Assembly: GCF_018977255.1 (NCBI RefSeq)
Contig: NW_024704742.1
Location: 134,046,001-134,110,000, forward strand
Direction of reading: 5' to 3'
DNA: 64,000 nt
Source of the DNA: Callorhinchus milii
Lineage: Eukaryota
Shown here: positions 13,229-26,073 of the stretch, in pieces
Position numbering within the stretch: the first letter of the stretch is position 1
Layout: the number at the start of each line of letters is the position of its first letter
Translations under genes and position numbers: made by a program
Notes under the pieces: generated by a model
Told to the model about the DNA's origin: nothing
Databases searched by the model: none
The model's input: only the letters and a program-made list of their open reading frames with translations

Positions 13229-14734
13229 GTAAGTATGCCTGGTTATACCAATTGAAACTGGTTTACTGCACTTGGTGGCACTTCTGTGAATGTGAATTGC
13301 AAATGATGTGCTTTCAAATCCTGCTAAAATATTCACCCTTCAAAGGTGACTTTTTGCATGGTACTGTGAGCTGTTTTGCCCATCACATTGCGACTGTTGG
13401 CATGAGTCCCTGCCCTCACCCCTCACTACCACCATCCCCACAATAAAAAACTTGCATTTATATAGCACGTTTCACGCGGGGTAGCATCCAGAGCGCTTGG
13501 CAGTGGCGGAATCTGACCCCAAGCCAGAGGGAGAGGAATGGAGGAGGTGACCGTAAGCACGATCAAAAAGGAAGGTCTTTAGGCGAGATTTGAAAGTGGG
13601 GAGGGAGGGGGCAAGGCGGAGTGTTTGAGGGAGAGACACCACCACACCATCAACCTCACACTAATCACAGCTTCTGCCCTGTGTTACTGAGAAAACATGC
13701 AGCCACTTTAAATTATGCTATGCAAATTGCAAGACAACCCGTGTCCTTGACACCCAGTGAGTGTAGACTCCATATGTTCTCTCCCTTCTGATTTGTTTCA
13801 ACAAAGTTCATTAAACCTGGAAGTCAATCCGATCCCTTTGAAGAAGATGTTGTCCTTGTGATGTACAAGATCAGCTTAGCATAAATATTGCTACTGAAGC
13901 CACAATTTAACAATTATTCTTAGCCTTGTGTGTATAGCTGCTTCCTGCACCTTCCCTTGTTCCCTTGTGCGTAGTCTCTGCCAAATCTGCATTAATACCT
14001 TTGTGTGTTTTTTCCTCGTTGATTTATGCAAAGAATTTAAAAACTGGAGGAAAGTGCTTCTGATCAAAAGAAGAAATCGTGCCTTTTATTTTTTCTTCCG
14101 TATAAACCGAATTTTACAAAATACACTTTCTTCTCCCCCAATCTCTATTAAATGTACAGTAATGATTTAGCAGTTAACTTATGCCTTGAAGGAATTCTAA
14201 TTTTGATTAGCTCAAATAGGTTTTAATTGAAAGCAATACTCAATCAGCCAAAGTAAAGTGGTGGATATTTTTATATATATATATATATAATATATTAAGG
14301 ATTGGAGTGAATCAATCAACTGATCATCCTTTTGCGGTTGATGTAAAAGTACAGTATAAAAAGGTCCCACCTGAGTGTCCCTGGGGGGGTTGAATTAGCT
14401 CAGATTACATGCAATTCTCCCTGCAGTTAAAGATGCTTCCTCCCTCACCTTGTTCAAGGTCCATCTCAAGACCAACCTCCTTGATTGCATTTTCAATCAT
14501 CTTTCCCATTCCACCACCCCCCCGCCCTTCCCCGGCTTTAATCTCCAACTCAATCTGAAAAGCGCTGTATGTGGAAGGGTTCTGAAACTCGATGCCAAAG
14601 TAGAATACTTCAACAACAACTTGCATTTATATAGTGCCTTTCACGTCAGGAGAACTAAGGTTTAATGAACTTTGTTGAAACAAATCAGAGGATCGATCCC
14701 CGCATTGTTTTGGGACCTGTGCCATGCAGCATGT

Positions 14735-15090
14735 GGAGTCCTGTAGCTCAGTAGTTGGAGCACTCGCTTCGCAAGCGAGAGATCCCAATTTGTTCCCTGT
14801 CAGGGCGAAATGTTGGACAAGTTTACTTACTCCACATGTCTCTGTTTACCTAGGAGTAAATAGGAATCTGGTTGTTAGTGAATTAGCGGATCGACTATGC
14901 ACAGATAGCAGATCGAAAAAAAATTTGGTCACTTAAATCCACGACTGTTTGTGGGACACTGCTGTGTGCAATTGGCTGCTGTGTTTTGTACACAAAATAT
15001 ACAGCCAGTTCACTCTCTAGTAGATTCTTTGAAGCGCTTTGAGACGTCTAGAAGATGTGAAAAGGCGCTATATCAAATGCAAGGATTATT
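14735..15090 (+). mobile_element. Full-length tRNA-Ala SINE (long form)
   Basis: GGAGTCCTGTAGCTCAG head, TCTGTTTACCTAG..GTAAATAGGAA middle, GTGGGACACTGCTGTGTGCAATTGGCTGC Deu-like core and GCGCTATATCAAATGCAAGG(ATT)n tail. Other long-form copies lie at about 21318-21680, 41375-41745 and 53535-53870 (+), and about 39500-39870, 42300-42650 and 46380-46746 (-). Confidence 0.9.
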
Positions 15091-15310
15091 AGAACATTTC
15101 AACAGTAACTTGCATTTATACAGCGCCTTTCATATTGGGAGGACTCCCTAAGGCATTTGTTCCTTAAGCCATCCTGCATGGGATCGATCCCCACATTGTT
15201 TTGGGGCCGCTGCCATGCAGTATGCTTCAAGAAAATGATGTATTCAATTGCAGTCGTCATTATTTGAATTGCTAATTTTTTTCTTTTCTTTTTTTCAACC
15301 CCTCACACAG

Positions 15311-15347
15311 AAGTCAGCAAGAAGCAGCGGCAAAGAAGTTCTTTTGA
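15311..15347 (+). CDS. LMAN1: LMAN1 last coding exon with cytosolic KKFF ER-retrieval/export tail
   Basis: Long T/C tract plus ACACAG acceptor. Reads (R)SQQEAAAKKFF*, identical to the ERGIC-53 C-terminus. Confidence 0.97.
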
Positions 15348-15720
15348 TGTCGCTACTCTCAGTTTACATTTTGTTAGCGACCCGGAATAAAACCACGGAA
15401 AACCTGTAAATGATGGCATTTTTTTTAAAGAAAAAAATATTTTTCAACAAATTAAGTTATTGTGATGCTGTTTCCTCCCGAGATGAGAATATTGGAAATA
15501 TTTTTTGGGGGTGCAAATTATCTTTCTACAACTTGAGGGCAAGACCTGTGGGCATTTTTTTTTGCTACTGCATCTTGTATCGTGTACCCTTACAGGAAGC
15601 TACAGGAAAATTAAATGATTAACTTGACATTTACATGATGCAAAGAAAATTTGAGTTTTATTAGGAGCAAGCAATTGCAAAGCTGTTCTCCATTTAACAT
15701 TGAGGATGTTTCTCAAATTA

Positions 15721-16300
15721 CAAAGTTCACCACAAGTAATGCCTCCTTTCTATTTTCTCAAAAAAATTGTTAACTTACAAAACTTAATACAGCCCGAAAA
15801 GGTTTTTTTTAAATAAACTAGTGCAGTTATTGTTCCACAAAGATCTACAGCCACATACTTGGGTCAATGTGAACCCAGTGCCAGTATTTTGTTACGGTAA
15901 AATGATGTACAGTGATGTTTCCTTGTGAAACACGGTTAATATTCGTAGAACCCACTGATCACAAACATTTAGGTAACAAAGGTTACCAATAATCTCTATG
16001 GCATGATGATCAATACCGAGGCTCTCACTCAACTCACTCTTGAGTGATGAATCGATCTTTACGACTGAATTTCAATCGTCGAAATCCCTTCAGCTGTGAG
16101 AAATTCAATTACTGCCCTCTGCTTAACACGCGTATCAATGCTCGGTGTCATTTTGAACTGCTGCCACATGCCTCCATCTAGGTAGAAGTAAACAAAACTT
16201 TCACAGGACACGATATCCAAGGACACTATATTGTGTATGTTTTTCATTACTGTATCGCTTACAAATTAAATAGGAGGCATTACTTTTGGGATGTCCCTCG
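15721..16300 (-). mobile_element. Internally deleted mariner element
   Basis: Inverted termini share AAGTAATGCCTCCT. Minus-strand ATG at 16151 gives MTPSIDTRVKQRAVIEFLTAEGISTIEIQ (mariner N-terminal HTH), followed by a DRFIT remnant. TA precedes the left end. Confidence 0.8.
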
Positions 16301-16569
16301 TCTATTGAAGCACTGGATGTGAACACCATTTTGCTTCATCAGAAAACTATTCTATCACTGCCTTGCTACTGTATTTTATTTTTGAAAGTGCATTACAGTA
16401 TTATGAGTACCTATTTTTACGATTTTAATTTTTAGAATTTTTTTGCTTTCTCTTCCCCTCCCCTTTGTTTTCTGAATTTTGACTCGTGAAATGTTCCTGC
16501 TGTAATTACTCAATCCGGATCTTTTCGACCATTGTTATTAAAAGCTTATTTCGTGAAAAAATCATTTTA

Positions 16570-16642
16570 AATAAAAACAATGGGGGCAAAACATTTATCT
16601 TTATCGGGCGTCCTAATTTATGACTTATTTTGTTGAAATAAA
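16570..16642 (+). terminator. Candidate distal LMAN1 polyadenylation signals
   Basis: AATAAA at 16570 and 16637 after a long AU-rich UTR-like stretch and followed by T-rich sequence. Proximal AATAAA also at 15385 and 15812. Confidence 0.45.
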
Positions 16643-19034
16643 TTTGTATTTATACATTTAATTTTTTAATAATCCTTGTATTTGACAAAGCATCTTATCT
16701 CTTCAATGTCTCAAAGCGCTTTACGGGATTTATTATAAAATGTAGTGACTGTATTTGTTGACTAATGTGGCAGACAATTTGGACATGGCAATATCCATAA
16801 ACAGCCATGGCGTGAATGACTAGTTTTATCTGGTTGATTGTTAGCCAGAACATTGGGATAAACTCCCTTCTCTTTTCGACTAGTGGCATGGTATCATTAA
16901 CATCCATATGAATAGAATTCTGGGTCTGTTTTAACATCTCATCTGATGGATGGCACCTACTATTTCATTCTTAATAATAATCCAATATAGCGCCGTATAG
17001 AATCACAGAATCTTACAGTACAAATGGAGGCCAATCGGCCTATTGTGCCTATGCCAGCTCTTCGAAAGCTACCATCTATTCCCCACTCCCCCGCTCTTCC
17101 CCACAGCTCTGCAATTTTTTTCCTTTTTAAGCAGCTATCCAATTCCCTTTTGAAAGCTATTATCTACTCTGCTTCCACCACCCTTTCAGGCAGACCATAA
17201 CTCTGGGTAAAAAGACATTATCAAGTAACAACTTCACCGAGTGCTTCAGTATATTGCAAAGTGTAGTAACTGGTTGTAGGCGAACCCAGCAAACCGCAAT
17301 ACATATTGCAATGTTCCAGAAACGTGCATTTTGTGAGTCACTTAACGCTGTAACTAAAATATATTTTTAAAAGAGGATCGCTGCTTTTCTAATCTAATTC
17401 GGCCCCGTATCTCTTAATACCTTGACCTAACAATTGAGCTATCCACCTCAACAACATTTGTATAGTGCCTCTCACGTCGGGAGGAGGTCACAAGACGCTG
17501 GACAATCAATGTTTTGGACCCGAGCTGGGGGTCTGGGTCAGGATCGGGGAGGGTGGAGGGCAGGGGAGCAAGGACGGTGACCAATGGCACAGTCGAAGGG
17601 GGTCTTGAAGGAGGGGATGAGGAGCTGCGGGATGGAGTTCCAGAGGGTGGGCGTAGAGTGGCAGAAAACCCACCTGCCAATGATGGGGTGGGCGAGGTGG
17701 GGTCATGAAGCAGGCCGGGAGCGGGCAGATTGGTAGGAGGTTAGGAGGTTGCAGAGGTAGACCTCAGTCTTGAAAATGTGAATGGATCCAACATCCACAA
17801 CCGTTTTGGGGGAGGGTGTTCCAGATTACCATTACCTTTTCGGTGAAAAACTGCCTCCTAATTTCACTCATAAATGGCCTAGCTCTAATTTCAAGATTAT
17901 GCCCCCATATTCGGTAAGAAGATAATTAAGATCAGACCAATTGATCAGACTGACAGGACCTCGGATTAATGCCTAGTGCAAAGTCCGGCATCTCCAGCAA
18001 AATAAAGCGCGAGGCTGATTTGCGGCAATGCTGAAATCTCACAAGATTTGACTTCTATGAAAAAAATGTTACAAACTGTTCAGGTTTAACTGAATTGTAG
18101 TGAATGCTTCAAAATCCAGTTCAATTGTTTCTCCGTTTTAGTGTCAGTTTGATTAAAATCCTTCCCCGTTCTCTTGGGTCGAGAGGATATATAGAAACAT
18201 AGAAAGCTACAAGCTGTCCTCTTCCCACCACCCCTCATTTTGCCTCATCGCTCCATCCATGTTACTGAAGATGTTTCCTCGTACATGACGATGGATCATT
18301 ATCTGCCATGAAAATGATGGCGATCACACACTCTGGACGTCCAAATACAGTTAAGTACTTGTACTGAATACAATTAAGTGTTTCTAAATAGAATTATCAT
18401 TCTTCCAAATGATGCAGCTGTTGGTCAGTGCACTGTAGAAACAACACATGGTGGATAACAGGACTTTTTGAACACCCTGTACAGCGCAGAAGGAGGACAT
18501 TCTGCCCATCAAGTCCACTCCAGCTCAAGGAGAAAGGAAATACATTCCACCAACCCAATTATCCTGCTTTCAAACCCCTCTAATATGAAAAGGTACAAAA
18601 ACATGAATAAATGTGATTTTAGCCCAAATATCCCAATCGAATCGGAAAAACTATGAAATAATGCAAACAGGTTCTTAAATCTGATCTTAAAACAAAAATG
18701 TATAAGTTCATGATGAGATTTCATCCACTCTTGACCCCTAACCTTGAAGCAAATCTAACTCCCTTGTCTCCATTAAAAAAAATGTATATCTTGCTATCTT
18801 TAAATGGTTTTGCACACCAACACGTTTACACAGTATTTTAGCTGTTTTGGAAAGTAATTTTAATCGCCTCGCATTTCAAATCGCCTTTTGGTCAGTAAAG
18901 TCCTTTGGTTTTACACACTGTTGTTGCTTAAGTCTTGCGATCAGGGAAATAGAACATGCCGAGAGCTGAGGAGAGGAAAATGATTTGTGATGAGGTCAAC
19001 TCCTTCGTGGACGGAGCTTACAGCTCCTCTAGGG

Positions 19035-19435
19035 AACATAACATAACATGTAGGAGCAGGAGGAGGCCATTCGGCCCTTCGAGCCTGCCCCGCCATTCAA
19101 TCATGGCTGATCTTCTAATCTAACTCCAGCTAATACCATAACCCTGCTTTATCTCCATATCCCTTAATCCCTTTTGCAATAAGAAACATATCTATCTCAG
19201 TCTTGAATATGTTCAAGGACTGAGCGTCAACAGCCCTTTGGGGTAGTGAGTTCCATACTTTCACAACCCTTTGAGTGAAGAAGTTCTTCCTCAACTCAGT
19301 GCGAAAAGGCTGGCCTCTGATTTTAAGGTTGTGACCCCTGGTTTTAGTTTCTCCGACCAGGGGAAACAATCTCCCACTATCTACTCTATCATGCCCTTTG
19401 ATGATCTTATAGGTTTCTATAAGATCCCCACTAAT
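19035..19435 (-). mobile_element. CR1 3' fragment
   Basis: ORF 19130-19369 reads KTRGHNLKIRGQPFRTELRKNFFTQRVVKVWNSLP, followed by a CR1 3'UTR. Confidence 0.9.
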
Positions 19436-22400
19436 TCTAAATGTGGGTCAGTGCATAACAACTGGACCAAATGTATTTGGAAAAGATGACTCGTCTGCGC
19501 TTAAAGTCTATGGGGAAAACAGCTGCTCCTGTCTTAAAAATGTGTTTAAAAATGATTCAAATGTCCCCACACTCCCTCTATCAGCTACATGTTACAGAGT
19601 ATGAATTCAGCCCATGCATAGAACCTTGGTTTAACTGAGTGCCATCTATTTGGCTGATCGTGGCTCTCGTTAAATGTTATGACCCAATACCACAAAACAT
19701 GAGGTCCTTGCAGGGGTATGTTGTTTTCAACAACAACAAATTTCATTTATATAATGCCTCATGTAGGAAGGACGTCCCACGGAGTTGGCTCATGGCGTTG
19801 GTATCAGCTGATTTGAATGGAGAAACTCCTCCCATGTAACTTAACTTTTAAGTATAACTATTCCACATAAATTTCTCCCACAAAATACAGTCAATCAATC
19901 CACTTTACAATATGTTCCGTGAAGCGCTTTGAGACATCTCAACAACGTGATAAAGCGCTATATCAAATGCAAGGATTACTATTATAACAGTATTAAATTT
20001 TATCACGAAATCTCATGGATCATATATCAATGCAGATTGATCCATTCATTGGAATTTAAGTGCGCATAACACACACACAACCTCAAATATTGTTGTATCC
20101 CTTTAATCCCAGAAAGGCAAAGGAAATTGACTTAAGTGCAGTTAGACAAAGTTGGGACTGATTTTTGGTCTTGGCTCAAAGCGATATTTTGAGTGAAGAT
20201 CCCATCCACCTCATTAACCCGAGAATAGTCCATGTGGTCGATCACTTTCTGTGTTTTAAACTCTAAAGTCAGAAGGTTGTGGGTTCACAACCCAAGTCGA
20301 AACATGGAATTTGTAGACCTCTGGCTGATACTCCAATGCATTGCTGGAGGTGATGTCACTTGGATAAAACATTAAACCAAGGTCCTTTTTGGCTGTTCAG
20401 GTGAATGTTGGCACTATTTGAAAGAGTGTGCTTGTGTGCTGGCCATCAATCCTCCTAAATAGAGCTTCTTTGACCACTTTGATACTGAAATAGAACTTGG
20501 ATGATGAAGAAAGCTGTATAGGCTGAACATGTTCATTTCATATTCCCATTTCCTTGATGCGTTGTTTACTTACTTCAGTCCTTCTGATAGACATTAAACT
20601 AAAGTCCCGTTTGCCTGTTCAGGTGAATGCTGAAGATCCTATGGTGCTGTTCAAAAAGAGAAGGGAGATTCTCCTGATGTCATGGCCAACAATCTCCGCA
20701 GATAAAATTAATTATTCAAGAACTTTAATTAGGACTGTTTCATGTTCCTGATATCTCAAGCTTTTTTATTCGGAAATGAATGGACACTAACCCATGGAGG
20801 TTTGAGAACGCTTTTCATTCTACGTGAGGGCATTCGTATAAAAGCGAGTTGTTGTAAAGTGCAACAAAATACCCCTACAATCCTGAGAATCCTGAAATTA
20901 TCTACGATTACTTAATTACACCCAATAACATTTTACTTTCCTTTACAGGATATTTTCTATATTTTTATATAATAATAAAAAATGTAATACTCCGAGTCTT
21001 ACTTGATCCAAGGATTAAATCTTTTGATGCAAATTAATGATCCTTTATGCAAAAAAAAGCTACTGTGCCTTATGAGCCTACTGTTAGTTCAGGAGCTGAT
21101 TGCTTGTTACAGCTACTCTGATTTCAGTTATAAACTTGCCTTTGCACTTGACCTCATATGAATAATAATAATAATAATAATCCTTGCATTTAATTTATGC
21201 CTTTAACCAGCAGCTTTTAAACCCATATGTCTCCTCCCATCACTCTTATATCCTTATGAGCAACAAAAAGTTATGTGTTTTTCCAAACCCACTGCCTCTT
21301 ATCATTAATAGCCAATTGAGTCCTGTAGAGTGTTGGTTAGCCCACTCGCCTCGCAAGCAAAAATACCCGGGTTTGATTCCCGGGCGGGTCGAAACCTTAG
21401 GCAAATTTTCTTACTCCACACACCTTTACCTATCGGTAAGTAGGAATCCGCTAGTCAGTCAATTGTCAGATCACTTTTCTGGGAGTAATAATCCCACCTA
21501 AAAAAATTGGTCATTCAATTCACGACTGTTTCTGGGACACTGCTGTGATGTCCTGCCACATTTTTGTCCACAAAATATACAGTCAATCCACTTTACAATA
21601 TATTCTGTGAAGTGCTTTGCGACGTCTCAATTACATGATAAAGTGCTGTATCTAATGCAAGTATTATTATTATATATTATTATTGAGCCTGCTTTCTGAT
21701 ATAATGCAAGTGGAGTTAACGGAACCAGATTTTGACAAGTTACAGACACTGTGAATGCATCAAACAAAAATTGTAAAAAAGTTAAAACGGTTTTAATAAA
21801 TGAGTTGAGTGATTGAGGAATTATTAACTCAGCATCATGTTATAACTGAGAATATCTGACCAAAATGTCATCTGCAGTGGTGTCTATGGTATGTTTTATG
21901 GGAAGGGAGTTAGTGAAATGATATTGATGGCTTTGAGAAAGTGCACAGACGGCAGAGAATAGTGCAGAGGATAGAGTGCAGTGGAACCAATGAAATGTAT
22001 GGCTTTTTAATTACAACGGCTCTCGAAAGCAGATTGCTTATCCGGCTTTGATAATCATCTGAACACAACCATATCATCCGACAATGTTATACTATATATA
22101 CAGTATAATATATACATTGTATATGTCATACACACACACACACATTTCCCTGAAATGCACGAGGCTTTTCAGGAACAGCCGCCAAAATCGCACTGAATGA
22201 AAACAAGACCCTTAATTCGATTCTGTGTGTGTGCACTGTGTGTGTGTGTGTGTGTGTGCAGGAGTAAGGGGAGAAAGAAGAGGTTTCTCATCTGAGGAAA
22301 AAGATACGTTTGCATTTCAGAAATGATGGCAAAGGAATTAGCTTGAAGTATTGATATTAAAAATAGTCAGTGAAGAATAGTGTATTACAATCTGATCTGA

Positions 22401-22437
22401 ACCATCTGGCTCTGGAAGATTGATGAGTTGAGTGCTT

Positions 22438-22449
22438 TAATCCAGATTA
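22438..22449. promoter_or_regulatory. Candidate CRX/OTX double site in the CPLX4 promoter
   Basis: TAATCCAGATTA: TAATCC plus an inverted TAATCT, about 250 bp upstream of the ATG of a retinal ribbon-synapse gene. Confidence 0.4.
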
Positions 22450-22689
22450 CCAAACACAAACCATTTCTGTTTGCACTGAATCTCTCTCTATCTCTCTCTC
22501 TCTGTCTCTGTATCTCTCTGTCTCTGTCTTTTAAGTGCCAGTTAGACATCTCACCAAACCCTTCACTCAGTTTTCTTTTACATGTTTATTTCTATTTGCG
22601 TTTTTGTTTTTCTGTTCGAGGTTTTTTTCGCTCTCTCTTTCATTTTTTTGGAAGGGAGCGGAGGAGGGGGAGAGGGAAAAGGGAAAAAA

Positions 22690-22856
22690 ATGTCTTTTTT
22701 GTTGAAATCGATGGTGAGCGGACAGGTGAAGAACCTAGGACTGGGAGGAGGAGATGAAGAGAAGAAGGATGAAGGAAATGCTTCTGACCCAGCAGCGGCA
22801 GCTGGGATGACCAGAGAGGAGTACGAGGAATATCAAAAGCAGATTGTGGAGGAGAA
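22690..22856 (+). CDS. CPLX4: Complexin-4 coding exon 1
   Basis: [55 protein letters not shown](K) matches human CPLX4 [21 protein letters not shown]...[17 protein letters not shown]. Donor AA|GTAAGT. Confidence 0.96.
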
Positions 22857-25800
22857 GTAAGTGGGATGGAGATAAAACACGCTTACAAAAATAAACCAGC
22901 GATATATTTTTTAACCTATTTTTACCCAGAGAGTTGTTACAGCCTGGAACGCACTGCCTAAAAGGGTGGTGGAAGCAGATTCAATTGTAGTTTTCAAAAG
23001 AGAATTGGATAGGTACTTGAAAAGTAAATATTTGCATGCTATGGGCTATGAGTGGGGAGTGGGACTAGTTGGATAGCTCGTTCAAAGAGCTGGCACAGGC
23101 ACGATGGGCCGAATGGTCTCCTTCTGCGCTAAAGGATTCTATGATTCTATATCATAAATAACAAAGTTGTAGATGTGCAGGGAAAACAAGATTACAATTT
23201 GGTGCACATGAATAATAATAATCTTTGCATTTGATATAGCGCCTTATCATATCGTCGAGACGTCTCAAAGTTGCTTCAGAGAATATACTGTAAAGTGAAT
23301 CGATTGTATGGTTTGCGGGCAAAACGCCAGCAGCCAATTGCGTACAGCAGTGACATTCATTCGTGGATTGAAAGCAAACTTTTCAATGTAAACTGTTGCT
23401 GCCCTTTTGGGCACTGCAGGCCAGAGCCGTGGTCAATTACGAATAAATAATCTCTGCATTTCACATGGTGCAATATCGCGTCGTCTCAAAGTGCTTCACG
23501 GGATTTTACTGTGAAAGTGCAGCGACTGTGCATTTTGTGGGTTTACGTGGTAGCTAAATTGTGCACAGCAATGTCCCACTGTGTGAGTGACCAATTTTAT
23601 TTGGGGGATTGTTGGCCAGGACACCAAAAGAAACTTCCCCTCTCTTTCCGAATAGTGTCATGGGGTCTTTAACGTCCACCTGAACAAGCAAACAGGGCCT
23701 TAGTTTAATATCTCATCCACAGGGTTACACCTCAAACAATGCAGAACACCCCCAGCACTGCATTGGAGCATCAGCCTAGACTGTGGAGCTCATTGCCAAA
23801 ATTATACTTTGCTTAGAATAATATCCTCCAAGATGGTTAAATCAATTAATTATTTAATTTGGATTATTTTAACCCGGGTTATTTAAACTGCTAATCTCCA
23901 CATGGGTTAAGTGACTTCCAATTCCTCTTTCAGATACAGTTTCTTAACGAAAAAAACAACAAAATTGCAAAAAGAAAAGCTATTAAATAAATCGACATTG
24001 AAGTTCTCTTTTATTGTTATTGTCATTATCCAGTGTCGATCCTTTTAATAGGAAAAACACACAATGGATATAAATCAAGCATTGCTTAGGAATTGATTAT
24101 TTACAAAAAGACTTGTGCCAAAAACTTCATGTTAACAAAATCTATAATTTCAGCATCATTAACATATAATAATACTTGCATTTGATATATCGCCTTATCA
24201 GGTCGGTGAGACATCTCAAAGTGCTTCACAGAATATATGATAAAGTGAACTGACTATATTTGGTGGGCAAAGCATCTATTTAAGTGCAGAAGAGTCAATC
24301 AAGGACACATCTGATGATGTTATGCTGCTTTTTACCAAATAAAACGATTCTTTGGGAAGTTTTTTTTAGCGAATATGTAGTCCTCGATGAAAAGATCTCA
24401 TGTGAGGATTATAAATTGAAGAGTATTAGATGCAGGTTATTAGAATTGAGTAACTCCCACCCCTTCCCTCCCCTCCATGCACTGTATGTTTGTTTGAATT
24501 CTCAGATCAAACATCACTTTGAAACGAAGAGCAAGCTTTATGAAATTACCAAACTTAATCCTTGCTCATAACACTTAACCTTTAAAGAGGTTTAATATCT
24601 GCATCTGTCTGTAGTCCAGTTCACATCCATTTTGCCCACAAAATACACAGTCAACCACTTTGTTGTGTATCCTGTGAAGCGTTTTGAGACGTCTCAATCA
24701 CGTGACAATGCACTATATCAAATGCAAGGATTATTATCATATTATTAGTCTATATTCACCACACATCACCTCAATCTTTCTGCCTTTACTGCAGGGAGCA
24801 GCCTATATGACTACTTTTCTGAGCTTCATTTTAACATGTACCTTACGTTAACATTTTATCAGATTGTGTGTGTGTTTGTGTGCGGGGGGGGGGGGGGGGG
24901 GTCAGGAGGTGGCTTAAAAGTGGCCATTACATTTAATTTATGAAAGTTGGGGAGCAGTTAGAGTGAATTTACACATAGCAACAACAAATTACATTTACAA
25001 ACCAAAGATAGGCAAAAGTTAGTTACGCATCTTACCAAATTAATATCCTGTCCATCAGATAGATCATCTGTGCTCGTACAGAGTGGTTCCAATGGAGTGA
25101 CATTGATTTCTGTTACAGTAGAGTGGTTTTGACTGGACAGGGCAGAGATACTGCCCTGTTTACTGACAGCTATTGATTTGGAAATAAATAAAATAATCCT
25201 TGCCTTTGGTATAGCCTCTTATCGTGTCGTCTGGTCATTTCAAGAGCTTCACACGATATCACTGTAATGTGTAGTGACTGTGATTTTGCAGTAGCCAGAT
25301 TGCACACAGCAATACAACTCAGTACAAAAATCACATTTGTAAAGCACCTTTCACGTCGGGAGGACGTCCCAAGGTGCTGAACAGTCAGGGTCATTAGGGT
25401 GTCCCATGAACAGCCATGAAGTCAGTGACCAATTTTATTTTGGAAACTGTTGGCCCTTCTCCCTTCTCTTTTCAAACAGTACCACAGGATCTTTAACATA
25501 CGCCTGAACAGGCAGACGGAACCTCTGTTTAATGTCTCATCCAAAGGACAGGACTTCCAATAATGTAGCACATTACACATAGCCAGAAATTCTGGCTCAC
25601 TGTACTACAATAATAATAATCCTTGGACGTGATATAGCACCTCATCACGTCTTTGAGACGTTTCAAAGTGCTTCACAAATATACTGTAAAGTGTAGCGAC
25701 TATATATTTTGTGAGCGAAATCCGGCAGCCAATCGCACTCAGCAGAGTCCCACAAACAGTTGTGGATTGAATGACCAAATTGTCATTACGTGGGGGGCGG

Positions 25801-25916
25801 GAAGGAGATCTGGTCTGACCAGTGTTTAAGCATACATCAAAAATCTTGCACAAGACCAGAATCATGTGGCCTGAAAAACTCCATAGTGTAAGTCTTAGAC
25901 CCGTTACCTTTAAAAC

Positions 25917-26073
25917 TTAAGTTTGCGCAGAATTTCAGAAAATTCTTAAATGCAGTCTCGATGTATAAGCCAGTTTCTGCAGTTCAGTTCTTAGAACAAC
26001 TGGTGGGGAAAATAAAACAGTTTTCTAATTCAGACTGAATTTAAGAATTTCACAAGTTTCTGCACCAACTTCA
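25917..26073. repeat. Old palindromic (MITE-like) element; second family member at 37123-37268
   Basis: Arms of about 42 bp (25917-25958 and 26032-26073) are imperfect reverse complements. The core CAGAATTT..AAATTCTTAAAT.CAG...AAGCCAG is shared with the 37.1 kb copy. Confidence 0.6.
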
